NCBI GenBank assembly: GCA_016280915.1
Contig: JAEEHQ010000036.1
Location: forward strand, 29,269-93,268
DNA: 64,000 nt
DNA from: Bacteroidales bacterium
GTDB taxonomy: Bacteria; Bacteroidota; Bacteroidia; Bacteroidales; P3
Direction: 5' to 3'
Shown: positions 8,079 to 16,634 of the stretch, one piece after another
Numbering within the stretch: position 1 is the first letter of the stretch
Layout: each line of letters starts with the position of its first letter
Translations under genes and position numbers: made by a program
The notes under the pieces: generated by a model
Database searches by the model: none
The model's input: the letters and a program-made list of their open reading frames with translations, nothing else
Told to the model about the DNA's origin: nothing

Positions 8079-9314
8079 CTATTCGTCTGACTCCTCAGCC
8101 TCCTGTTTCTTGGCTTTCTTGCTGCCCTCGTATAGCTCGAACTTGAGGAAACGGCAGTCAAGCTGGCCGTTGAGCAGCGGAATCTTCTTGCTGGGTTTGA
8201 GACCGATATGCTTCATGGCCTCAAAGTCGCTGGTGATAAGCCACACCTCGCAGTTCTCACCATATTTCTTTTTGAAGGTGTCGCCCAACTGCTCATACAT
8301 GGCGTTGAGGTCTTCAATCTTTATGCGTTCGCCATAGGGAGGGTTGGTGACGATAAGGGTTTTGCCCTCGGGCGGGTCTTGGTCCTCAAAGGAGCCGCAA
8401 AAGAGCATCACATCTTTGTGCAGCTTGGTGTACTCGAGGTTCTTCTCGGCCTGTTGCAGCACCTGCATGTCGATGTCGTTGCCCCAAATCTCGCATTCAA
8501 AATCGCCCGAACCAATCTTGCGGTCTTCTTGTTCCTTCACGCTCTTCCACTCGCCGAGATTGAACTCCTTCCAGCGTTTGAAGGCGAACTTGCCGCCGCG
8601 GTAGTACTGGGCGGGGATGTTGTTGGCCATCATGGCAGCCTCGATGACCAGGGTGCCCGAGCCGCACATGGGGTCGTAGAAATTAGTGTCGCATTTCCAG
8701 CCGGCCAACTTAATCATGCCAGCAGCCAGCACCTCGTTGATGGGGGCGATGCCCACGGCCTGACGGTAGCCGCGTTTGTGAAGGGAGTCGCCGCTGGAGT
8801 TGATGAGCAGGGTGACTTGGTTGTCGCGGATATGCAGATTGAACTTATAGTCGGGAGCCTCGGTGTCGATGGTGGGACGCTGGCCAAAGTTGCGGCGGAA
8901 ACGGTCGACGATGGCGTCCTTGGTCTTGAGGGCAGCATAGTAGGAATGGGTGAAGATGTCGCCGCTGGTGACGCTGTCAATCATAAAGGTGCAGTCAACA
9001 TCGAGGATTTTCTCCCACTTGATCTGGTACACCTGGTCGTAGAGCTGCTGCTCGTTATTGGCCTCAAACTCGGCAAAAGGCTTGAGAATGGCCAATGCCG
9101 TGCGACAGGTGTAGTTGGCGCGATAAAGTACCCGCATGTCGCCCTCGAAGGTGACAGCGCGGTTGATGCACTCGATATTCTCGGCGCCACACTCTTTCAA
9201 CTCCTCGGCCAGCACCTCTTCCAATCCCATCATGGTTTTGGCAACCATCTTGAACTTATCACGGCCGGCGCTTTTCACCGGCACTACTTTTCCATTTTGT
9301 TTCTGTATGATCAT
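8079..9314 (-). CDS. THUMP-domain class I SAM-dependent RNA methyltransferase (RlmL/UPF0020-like)
   Basis: Motif I 'DPMCGSGTLVIEAAM' and motif IV 'NPPYGERI', preceded by a THUMP-like N-terminal domain. Confidence 0.85.
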   Translation of the reverse strand: MIIQKQNGKVVPVKSAGRDKFKMVAKTMMGLEEVLAEELKECGAENIECINRAVTFEGDMRVLYRANYTCRTALAILKPFAEFEANNEQQLYDQVYQIKWEKILDVDCTFMIDSVTSGDIFTHSYYAALKTKDAIVDRFRRNFGQRPTIDTEAPDYKFNLHIRDNQVTLLINSSGDSLHKRGYRQAVGIAPINEVLAAGMIKLAGWKCDTNFYDPMCGSGTLVIEAAMMANNIPAQYYRGGKFAFKRWKEFNLGEWKSVKEQEDRKIGSGDFECEIWGNDIDMQVLQQAEKNLEYTKLHKDVMLFCGSFEDQDPPEGKTLIVTNPPYGERIKIEDLNAMYEQLGDTFKKKYGENCEVWLITSDFEAMKHIGLKPSKKIPLLNGQLDCRFLKFELYEGSKKAKKQEAEESDE

Positions 9315-9335
9315 GTTGTATTATTGATTATCAAA

Positions 9336-10394
9336 TTACTTATTAACTTTACCCGCCATGCCCAACTCCCGAAGGCATTTGTTGCTATAGACACTCAGGT
9401 GGTGGCGTTTGGCGTTCTTGCCGTTGATTACGCCGCTGAGGATGGAGACATTCAGCTCATACCCCATCATCAGCACCATGCAGTTGAGCAGCAGCCACAG
9501 CAGGATGAGTAGCAGCGTGCCTATGGAGCCATAGAGCAGGTTGTAGCGGTTGAAATTGACCAGATAGATGCGGAACGCCCACGACATCACTAGGAACAGG
9601 CCCAAGGCAAAGATGGGCCCGGGGGAGAAGAATCCCACGCGCGATTTTTTCATGGGAATCCAATAGTAGATGGTCATGAGCGTGAAGAGTCCTACGGCTA
9701 TCATGATGACCCATCGGCCAATGGCTATCACGATATGGGTGAAGGAACCCGGCACCAGAATGCCCTGTTTGAATAGCCAAATAAGTACAGTCTTGTATCC
9801 CAAGAGCAGGGCCAGCATCACGATGACGGCAATATAGAGCAGGAAGACGATGCCGATGCAAATCAAGTAGCGCGACACAAAGGGACGCACCTCGTGTGTG
9901 CGGTCGGAGAAATACATCATCATGCCATGCACCGCATTGGCCGCCAAGATGATAGAGAGCGCAAAACCAATGGAAAGCAAGCTGGTGTGCTTGTGGGTCA
10001 TCACATCGTTGATGGTATTGGAGATGGGGGCATAAATCTTCTCTGGTATGAGGTCGTGCAGCTGCAGCAACAGCTCGTCCTGCAAGCCCGCCACGGGCAG
10101 GTAGGCAATCAAGGTAAATATAAAGATGAGCAACGGCGGCATGGCCATCAAGAACGAATAGGCCAATCCCTTGGAGGCACGCCACAGCTTGCCGTCGAAA
10201 ACACCCTTCATTAGGTAGGAAACCACATCGTAGAGTGGCACATCTTTGTTGCCAGGTGGCGAGAAATTATGAACGGCAAAGCGCATCCATTTGACCCATT
10301 TCCACCGCAGCACCTGTTTCCAGAGCTGCAGCAGGCGGTCCCCTAGGCGCAAGGCCCATGCCTTCACGCTCTCAATGGTTTGCTTCACGTTCAT
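9336..10394 (-). CDS. YihY/BrkB-family inner membrane protein
   Basis: A polytopic membrane protein of 352 aa. The first helices, 'LAYSFLMAMPPLLIFIFTLIAYLP', resemble the YihY family signature. Confidence 0.75.
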   Translation of the reverse strand: MNVKQTIESVKAWALRLGDRLLQLWKQVLRWKWVKWMRFAVHNFSPPGNKDVPLYDVVSYLMKGVFDGKLWRASKGLAYSFLMAMPPLLIFIFTLIAYLPVAGLQDELLLQLHDLIPEKIYAPISNTINDVMTHKHTSLLSIGFALSIILAANAVHGMMMYFSDRTHEVRPFVSRYLICIGIVFLLYIAVIVMLALLLGYKTVLIWLFKQGILVPGSFTHIVIAIGRWVIMIAVGLFTLMTIYYWIPMKKSRVGFFSPGPIFALGLFLVMSWAFRIYLVNFNRYNLLYGSIGTLLLILLWLLLNCMVLMMGYELNVSILSGVINGKNAKRHHLSVYSNKCLRELGMAGKVNK

Positions 10395-10425
10395 CCTTTA
10401 GCCTTACTCAATCAGAATTTCTCCC

Positions 10426-11292
10426 TCATCCCTTTATCAACGATATGTCCATGCTCTTGATATGGTGTGTGAGAGCCCCCACAGAGATAAAGTCCACACC
10501 GGTTTCGGCATAGCTGCGCAGGGTGGCCTCGGTAATGCCGCCGCTGGCCTCGGTCTCATATATGCCGCCGATGCGTTCCACCGCCTTGCTTAGGGTGGCG
10601 GGGTCGAAGTTGTCCAGCATGATACGGTCAACGCCGCCATGCTGCATCACGCGCTCCAACTCCTCGAGGTTGCGCACCTCTATCTCAATCTTCAGGTCTT
10701 TGCCTTTTTCTTTCAGGTAGTTGTGGGTGCGGTCGATGGCTGCCTCTATGCCGCCGGCAAAATCTATGTGGTTGTCCTTGAGCATAATCATGTCGTAGAG
10801 GCCGATGCGGTGGTTGGTTCCGCCGCCGCATTTGACGGCATATTTCTCCAACAGACGCATGTTGGGGGTCGTCTTTCGGGTGTCAAGGAGTTGGGTGTGA
10901 AGACCGTCGAGCATCTGCACCATCTTGTGTGTCTGGGTGGCGATGCCGCTCATGCGTTGCATGAAATTGAGCGCGGTACGTTCGGCCGTGAGAATAACCC
11001 CCGAAGCGCCCTCCACCAGCATCAGTATGTCGCCTTTTTTCACGGGCTCACCGTCATGTTTCAGCGGTGTCACCTTCATGGCCAGCTGGCTGTGGTAGAA
11101 GTCGTTGTTGACAAACTCAAAAACGCGTTCGCCCACCTCCATGCCGCACAAGATGCCATCTTCCTTGGCCATCATCTTAGCCTTTGCCGTGGCCGTAGGA
11201 GGAATACAAGCCAAGGTGCTGTGGTCACCGTCGCCCACATCTTCCAGCAGGGCCATGCTAATCAATTCGTCTAAATTGGGGATATTCATCAT
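10426..11292 (-). CDS. nadC: Nicotinate-nucleotide diphosphorylase (carboxylating)
   Basis: 'ERTALNFMQRMSGIAT' and 'LDTRKTTPNMRLLEKYAVKCGGGTNHRIGLYD' are canonical QAPRTase blocks. Confidence 0.92.
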   Translation of the reverse strand: MMNIPNLDELISMALLEDVGDGDHSTLACIPPTATAKAKMMAKEDGILCGMEVGERVFEFVNNDFYHSQLAMKVTPLKHDGEPVKKGDILMLVEGASGVILTAERTALNFMQRMSGIATQTHKMVQMLDGLHTQLLDTRKTTPNMRLLEKYAVKCGGGTNHRIGLYDMIMLKDNHIDFAGGIEAAIDRTHNYLKEKGKDLKIEIEVRNLEELERVMQHGGVDRIMLDNFDPATLSKAVERIGGIYETEASGGITEATLRSYAETGVDFISVGALTHHIKSMDISLIKG

Positions 11293-11317
11293 GTCAAATG
11301 CCTATTGTTTGAAAATG

Positions 11318-11325
11318 CAAAAATA
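11318..11325 (-). promoter_or_regulatory. TAnnTTTG -7 motif (TATTTTTG on the minus strand) upstream of nadC
   Basis: CAAAAATA on the plus strand, about 26 nt upstream of the nadC ATG. Confidence 0.4.
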
Positions 11326-11547
11326 CGAATTTCCGCCCAATTGTGCAAACAAAAACATCCAGCAAAAGCACAAACAACTATATATCAACTACTAATAAAA
11401 GTTGCCACGCCATCATCAATCACTATAATTGCTATTCTCCACCCACCTTGATTAATCTTTTTTAGGTGGGTTCTGTAAACTCTAATGACCAATTTGGGTT
11501 AACACAATAATAACAGCATTCTTACGTTATTATAAAATAAAAATAAT

Positions 11548-11859
11548 ATGCCCCCACTTAAACAAATTATTACTGTGGACAAACAAATCGAAGAAGAAGG
11601 CCGTATGCTGCTATTTAAGAACAAGGAAAAGAATTTCAAGAACTATTTCTTAGATTCTTTTATTCTTCTGATCATCTTTTCTGTGCTTGATTGTGGCGTC
11701 AGCATTTTCTTCACCAAGTCGTTCGTGTGGTGGGAGATACCGCTTCACATCGTATTGAGTGCCCTCATCGCCCTCGTCTGCGCCCGTCTGCAATTGCGCT
11801 GGAACCGCCACCGCGAGAAAGAGAACGCCTATTTCAAAGAAAAATACGGAAAAAAATAA
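11548..11859 (+). CDS. Small membrane protein, hypothetical
   Basis: A 103-aa ORF with two hydrophobic helices. There is no recognisable family. A strong hairpin follows. Confidence 0.4.
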   Translation: MPPLKQIITVDKQIEEEGRMLLFKNKEKNFKNYFLDSFILLIIFSVLDCGVSIFFTKSFVWWEIPLHIVLSALIALVCARLQLRWNRHREKENAYFKEKYGKK

Positions 11860-11927
11860 CCCTGAAAAACGGCCTTTCAATCACCATTTTCTCTAATTTA
11901 TTAATCTATAAATAAACATTTTAGAAC

Positions 11928-11996
11928 ACCATCACAACCAAAGTTCACAACTTTGTGGTCCACAACTTTGTGAACTGTCGTTTGTGATGGTTTTTA
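11928..11996. terminator. Long imperfect palindrome / terminator
   Basis: ACCATCACAA (11928-11937) pairs with TTGTGATGGT (11982-11991). The inner GTTCACAA/TTGTGAAC arms pair, and CACAACTTTGTG is duplicated in the interior. A TTTTT run follows. Confidence 0.5.
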
Positions 11997-12175
11997 TTAA
12001 TACAATCCTAATGGATGATTCTCTGATATTGATGCTCTTGACTACACAAAAAAAAATCTTCCCGACCTTGAGAAAACTCGAGCTCAGGAAGATTAAAGCG
12101 AGAATTATTAGTAACCCAATTGGGCTTCTCTGCCCCACCCATTAGGGCTTTCCCGCAATATCAGGATAAGCAAAC

Positions 12176-12469
12176 TCACCTTCTAACCACAATCCTATAG
12201 GCGGGTGCGTCACCTATTTTTACAAGATAGGCTCCCGAGGCAGGCACGTCGAGCAGCACCTCCTGCATCGTCTCACGACGCGTGGCAAGCAACCGCCCCA
12301 CCACATCGTAGAAATACACAGGGTTGCCTTTTGCCACCTCCATCACTATCATGCCGTTGCGCTGGTAAATCATAGCGTTGAGCAGGGCGATGTTGTCAAT
12401 GCCTTCGCCCTCCTGTATGTAGATGGTGTAGTGGATGAATATGGTGTCATGGACATAGATTGTGTCATT
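12176..12469 (-). pseudogene. 5'-truncated T9SS cargo gene: only the C-terminal sorting domain remains
   Basis: The frame is open only from 12469, immediately after an in-frame TAA. It encodes '...GIDNIALLNAMIYQRNGMIVMEV...VYFYDVVGRLLATRRE...LDVPASGAYLVKIGDAPAYRIVVRR', a typical T9SS CTD. There is no signal peptide or cargo domain upstream. Confidence 0.6.
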
Positions 12470-12668
12470 TTACGCCTTTGCCCTAGATTACTGCACGATA
12501 CTCGTAAATTGCTAATTATCAACAAATAATACTTTAAATTGCATTTGTAATCTTCGGGATTCTTTCCTGTTTGTTATTAATTCATATGCCTCTCTCTGCG
12601 CAACCTTATAGCAGTTTTGTTCTAGATGGCACAATAAAAAATGAAAGCTGACGTTAATAATAACACTT

Positions 12669-13505
12669 ATGTTAGAAGAATATCTTAATAGAATAATTCA
12701 CGGCGATTGTCTTGATGTACTGCATAAACTGCCTGATGCATGCATTGATTTGGTTGTTACTTCGCCGCCGTACAACTTAAAGAACTCTACCGGCAACGGC
12801 ATGAAAGACGGACGCGGTGGGAAATGGGCGAATGCTGCCCTTATCAAAGGTTATGAGAACTACGACGACTGCATGCCCGTCGAAGAATATGCTCTCTGGC
12901 AACATGAAGTGTTGCTCGAACTTGTCCGAGTTATCAAAGACGACGGCGCAATTTTTTACAACCACAAATGGCGTGTGCAGGACGGACTGATACAAGACCG
13001 TCGCGATATCGTTTATGACGTTCCTCTCCGCCAAATCATCATATGGAAACGCAAGGGTGGTATTAATTTCAACGCCGGATACTTTCTCCCCACCTACGAG
13101 GTGATTTACCTTATCGCCAAAAAGGACTTCAAACTTGCACCGCATTGTAATAGATATGGCGATGTATGGGAAATAATGCAGGAGCAACGGAATGACCACC
13201 CCGCCCCATTCCCTGTCGAATTAATTGACCGCATTATTTCCTCTACCACCGCGCAGATTGTTCTCGACCCGTTTATGGGAAGCGGTACGACTGCTGTGGT
13301 TGCCGCAGGTCTCGGACGTGATTTCATCGGTATAGAAAAATCAGCCAAATATTGCGAGTCTGCAATGGCACGATTGGAGAAGAATAAAATCTACCCTGAG
13401 GTTGCAAAATTTCACCAACTTGATTTATTCCAACTCACTCCACCACCCATCAAACAAAAAAAAACTAAACAAATAAATGACCACGATACTCAAAGCCTTT
13501 TCTAA
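12669..13505 (+). CDS. Type II DNA methyltransferase, beta-class (motif IV SPPY before motif I); probably N4-cytosine or N6-adenine
   Basis: 'DLVVTSPPYNLKN' (motif IV) lies near the N-terminus and 'LDPFMGSGTTAVVA' (motif I) near the C-terminus. This region is visibly more AT-rich than the flanking sequence. Confidence 0.88.
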   Translation: MLEEYLNRIIHGDCLDVLHKLPDACIDLVVTSPPYNLKNSTGNGMKDGRGGKWANAALIKGYENYDDCMPVEEYALWQHEVLLELVRVIKDDGAIFYNHKWRVQDGLIQDRRDIVYDVPLRQIIIWKRKGGINFNAGYFLPTYEVIYLIAKKDFKLAPHCNRYGDVWEIMQEQRNDHPAPFPVELIDRIISSTTAQIVLDPFMGSGTTAVVAAGLGRDFIGIEKSAKYCESAMARLEKNKIYPEVAKFHQLDLFQLTPPPIKQKKTKQINDHDTQSLF

Positions 13506-14304
13506 GGCTGAACTGATTACTAAATTCAAGGCAATCTACGCCAAAGGTTGGATTGAAAACTACCGCAAGGGCAATGACGGAGCCGTTGGCAATATTCTCG
13601 AGGACTTGCTTGAAATCCCCGAAAACAACTTGCCAATTCCAAACGCTGCGGAATGGGAATTGAAAGCACAACGGGAAAACACTTCGTCGCTACTGACGAT
13701 GTTCCACACCGAGCCGTCGCCAACTGCGCTCACCATTATTCCTTCGCAGATGCTTCCTCTTTACGGTTGGCCGCACGAAAAGGCCGGTATGAATTACCCC
13801 GCCGACGAAAAATCTTTCCGTGCCACTCTGAACGCCAAGCAATATAGCGACCGTGGCTTCAAGGTACAAGTGAATGACAAGGAACGCAAAGTGGAAGTTA
13901 TTTTCGACAACAAGTACACAGACCCTCGCCATTCGGAGTGGCTTAAGAGCGTTAAGAAGCGTGTTGGGCACCTCGGAAACTTCGACATTGTTCCTTATTG
14001 GGGATTCGATGACCTTTTTCACAAGGCTGGCACCAAGTTGAAGAATTGCTTTTACGTCCGTGCCGATGTCAAGACCGAAAAGGTTGGGGGCAAACGCAAA
14101 GAATATTTCCTCTATAACTATGTACTCAAACTCTCTAACTTTGACCAGGATAAATTTATACAAGCAATACGCGACGGGAAGATATACATTGATTTCGATG
14201 CTCGCACCGGCCATAATCATGGAACAAAATTCCGAATCAAGTATAACGATATTCCGTCTTTGTACAAGAACGCGGAGGTAGTAATTGACAAACGGGCCAA
14301 ATGA
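13477..14304 (+). CDS. Type II restriction endonuclease, MutH / MvaI-BcnI-like
   Basis: It overlaps the methyltransferase 3' end by 29 nt. 'GNILEDLLEI...AAEWELKAQ' fits a D...E-x-K nuclease core like MutH. The C-terminal 'DARTGHNHGTKFRI' block resembles MvaI/BcnI-family enzymes as I recall them. Confidence 0.6.
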   Translation: MTTILKAFSKAELITKFKAIYAKGWIENYRKGNDGAVGNILEDLLEIPENNLPIPNAAEWELKAQRENTSSLLTMFHTEPSPTALTIIPSQMLPLYGWPHEKAGMNYPADEKSFRATLNAKQYSDRGFKVQVNDKERKVEVIFDNKYTDPRHSEWLKSVKKRVGHLGNFDIVPYWGFDDLFHKAGTKLKNCFYVRADVKTEKVGGKRKEYFLYNYVLKLSNFDQDKFIQAIRDGKIYIDFDARTGHNHGTKFRIKYNDIPSLYKNAEVVIDKRAK

Positions 14305-14384
14305 TTTATTGTCCTTAGGCTTCGCTGTATGTCATCTGATATTTGCCTTGGCGAATTACATTCTGTAATAAAAAAGACGCAAAC

Positions 14385-14417
14385 TGAAAGCCGATGCCAC
14401 CAAATGGTCCCGGCTTT
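14385..14417 (+). terminator. Hairpin downstream of the R-M pair
   Basis: GAAAGCCG (14385-14392) pairs with CGGCTTTC (14410-14417), followed by GTCGTTTT. Confidence 0.4.
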
Positions 14418-14781
14418 CGTCGTTTTAGTGTGCCGATGACGGATTACATTCCCCTCAGTTTCTTTCTTGTTCTCCGATTCGCTATCGGAACGGCCATTGG
14501 CAGTTCAATAGAGGTACCATATTACTAAGCCGTTTAGCTAAAAAAGAAAAATCCCCGCCAGCAAAAACCGGCAGGGAAATATGGGCAATAGAAGAATAAT
14601 ACGAGTATGGACACTCGCATTTTCATTCTCCATGCCAAGGCAAAGTAACGTAATGGGACATAATAAATATTGATTTGGCATATATCCTAATGATCGATGT
14701 GGGATAATTCCACTTTACCGATACCGTAACTTCGCTGTAGGTTGTATGTGGCTGAACCATTTATATTACATTTCGTTTAGG

Positions 14782-14861
14782 TTTATATTATATTTATATT
14801 AGTAATAATAAACAAAATATAAATAAAATATAATACAAATCTAATATAAATATAATCTAAA
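14782..14861. repeat. Palindromic block composed almost entirely of A/T
   Basis: TTTATATTATATTTATATTA (14782-14801) is the inverse of TAATATAAATATAATCTAAA (14842-14861), with 15 nt perfect. A third degenerate copy lies in the spacer. The core AATATAAATATAAT recurs at about 54977. Confidence 0.6.
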
Positions 14862-14943
14862 TAGAGAACTATCAGATACACATCATTGAGGTTACCATCA
14901 GTCGCCCATTGGGTTGACTTTTATAGTATTTCTCTCATTTTTT

Positions 14944-15078
14944 AGGTAGGTCCTTAATAATTGTTTTAAGAACGTTGACTTCTCCGCTTTCGCGATGCAT
15001 AGCTGTCGAAAGTCCACAAGACTTTCTTCACTCTGGCACGCTCAGATATATTAGCTTGGTAAGCCCCACACAATAAAA
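14944..15078 (+). repeat. Intergenic repeat family B, copy 1
   Basis: It aligns by eye with 53162-53296 in the same orientation: TCTCCGCTTTCGCGATGCATAGCTGTCGAAAGTCCACAAGACTTTCTTCAC... versus TCTCCTCTTTCGCGATGCTCAGCTATCGAAAATCAACAGGACTTTCTTCAC... Confidence 0.65.
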
Positions 15079-15356
15079 GAGGTTGCTCCTATCCGGTCGC
15101 GACGTTAAAAACATGAGTAATAATAATCGGGATTTTTTTTTTCTTTCTCCGATAAACTTGGTTTTTTCTTTGACCCCAAATATAGGGTGTAAAAGAGCAT
15201 AGGGAGTACAAATACCTTCTCAGGCTTTGCGGTTAGGTGTTCTTAGGAGTGTCCACTATGCCTGTTCGGCTTGCCGAATTATTTGTACTCATGATACAGG
15301 CTTTCTGGCAAATTGGCTAAAATACAACTTTTTTACGCTATGAGAAGAAAAATTCG

Positions 15357-15364
15357 TACTTTTG
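15357..15364 (+). promoter_or_regulatory. TAnnTTTG -7 motif (TACTTTTG), 4 nt upstream of the cinA ATG
   Basis: Exact motif, in the same context as 4818-4825. Confidence 0.5.
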
Positions 15365-15368
15365 CAGC

Positions 15369-16625
15369 ATGAAAGCGACGATACTGAATATAGGCGACGA
15401 GCTGCTTATTGGGCAGGTTGTCAATACGAACGCCAGCCGCATGGCGCAGATGCTGATAGCGGCAGGCATTGATGTTTGTGGCACTTTCGTCGTGGGCGAC
15501 AATGCCGAGGACATCAGCAGCTATCTCCGCCATTGTCTTGACCGCAGCAACGTGGTGCTGATGACCGGCGGATTAGGACCCACCAAGGACGACATCACGA
15601 AGAAGGTGCTTTGCGACTTTTTCGACAGTCAATTATATGAGAATGAAGAGGCTCTGAACAACGTGAAGCGCATCTTCGCCGCCCGCGGCTACGAACTCAC
15701 TCCCATCAACCGGCAGCAGGCGTGGGTGCCTCGCTGCTGCACGATGATTAACAATGTGATGGGCACGGCTCCTTGCATGTGGTTTGAGCATGAGGGCAAG
15801 GTTTTGGTGTCGATGCCGGGTGTGCCGTTTGAAATGGTCAACCTCATGGAGACAGAGGTTGTCCCCCGCCTACAGAAGTATTTCCGCACCGACCAAATCA
15901 TCAACAAAAACATACTGGTGCAAGGCATTGGCGAGAGTTTCCTCAGCGACCTCATCGAGCCTTGGGAAACCACGCTTCCGGCCACCATCCGACTGGCTTA
16001 TCTGCCCCAGGCGGGCATGGTCAAGCTGCGCCTTACCGCCCGCGGCAGTCACGACCAGAGGCCTTTGCTTGAACAACAGATTGCCGATGCCGTAGAGCGG
16101 CTCTATCCCCTTGCCGGACAATATATTGTGGGCGAAGACCTAGAGTCGTTGCCCGAGCTGGTGGCATACACCTTCACCAAACACCACATCACTTTGGCCA
16201 CGGCCGAGAGCTGCACGGGAGGAGCATTGGCGGCTCAGCTGACCGCCATGGCAGGGGCCTCTGAGTACTACCGAGGCGGCGTGGTGGCTTACTGTAACGA
16301 GGTGAAAGAATGTGCCCTGGGGGTGCAACACCAAACCCTGCAAGCCTATAGTGCCGTCAGCGAACAGACAGTTGGCGAGATGGCCATGGGTGTGCGTAGC
16401 CGATTGGGGGCCGACTATGGCGTTGCCACCACCGGTGTGGCAGGTCCTTCGGGCGGTACGAAAGATTGTCCCGTGGGCACCGTATGGATTGGCATAGCAG
16501 GACCTGACGGACAGCTGGTCACCAAGCTGCTTCATTTTGGCGACCGCCGTGCCCAAACCATCGAGCGCACTACCCATGCAGTTTGGGCCGAGCTCATCAA
16601 GTTAGTTAAATCCACCCACCAATAA
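15369..16625 (+). CDS. cinA: CinA-family competence/damage-inducible protein (MoCF-like domain plus nicotinamide-nucleotide amidohydrolase PncC domain)
   Basis: N-terminal 'ILNIGDELLIGQVVNTNA' and C-terminal 'LATAESCTGGALAAQLT' are hallmark CinA/PncC blocks. Confidence 0.9.
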   Translation: MKATILNIGDELLIGQVVNTNASRMAQMLIAAGIDVCGTFVVGDNAEDISSYLRHCLDRSNVVLMTGGLGPTKDDITKKVLCDFFDSQLYENEEALNNVKRIFAARGYELTPINRQQAWVPRCCTMINNVMGTAPCMWFEHEGKVLVSMPGVPFEMVNLMETEVVPRLQKYFRTDQIINKNILVQGIGESFLSDLIEPWETTLPATIRLAYLPQAGMVKLRLTARGSHDQRPLLEQQIADAVERLYPLAGQYIVGEDLESLPELVAYTFTKHHITLATAESCTGGALAAQLTAMAGASEYYRGGVVAYCNEVKECALGVQHQTLQAYSAVSEQTVGEMAMGVRSRLGADYGVATTGVAGPSGGTKDCPVGTVWIGIAGPDGQLVTKLLHFGDRRAQTIERTTHAVWAELIKLVKSTHQ

Positions 16626-16634
16626 TACAACAGC

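Noticed and set aside
8208-9512. A 434-aa plus-strand ORF overlaps the THUMP methyltransferase and the end of the YihY gene.
   Set aside because: The translation has no motifs and is rich in Val/Gly/Leu/His. The opposite strand carries clear SAM-methyltransferase motifs. This is a shadow ORF.
11932-12138. A 68-aa minus-strand ORF next to the CTD remnant.
   Set aside because: It spans the long palindromic terminator and AT-rich spacer. It has an implausible composition and no start context.
14560-14627. A 30-codon minus-strand ORF, 'MKMRVSILVLFFYCPYFPAGF...', might be the orphaned signal peptide of the truncated cargo gene.
   Set aside because: It is too short, it terminates after 30 codons with no continuing frame, and the hydrophobic stretch is atypical. 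I kept it only as a thought within the R-M island finding.
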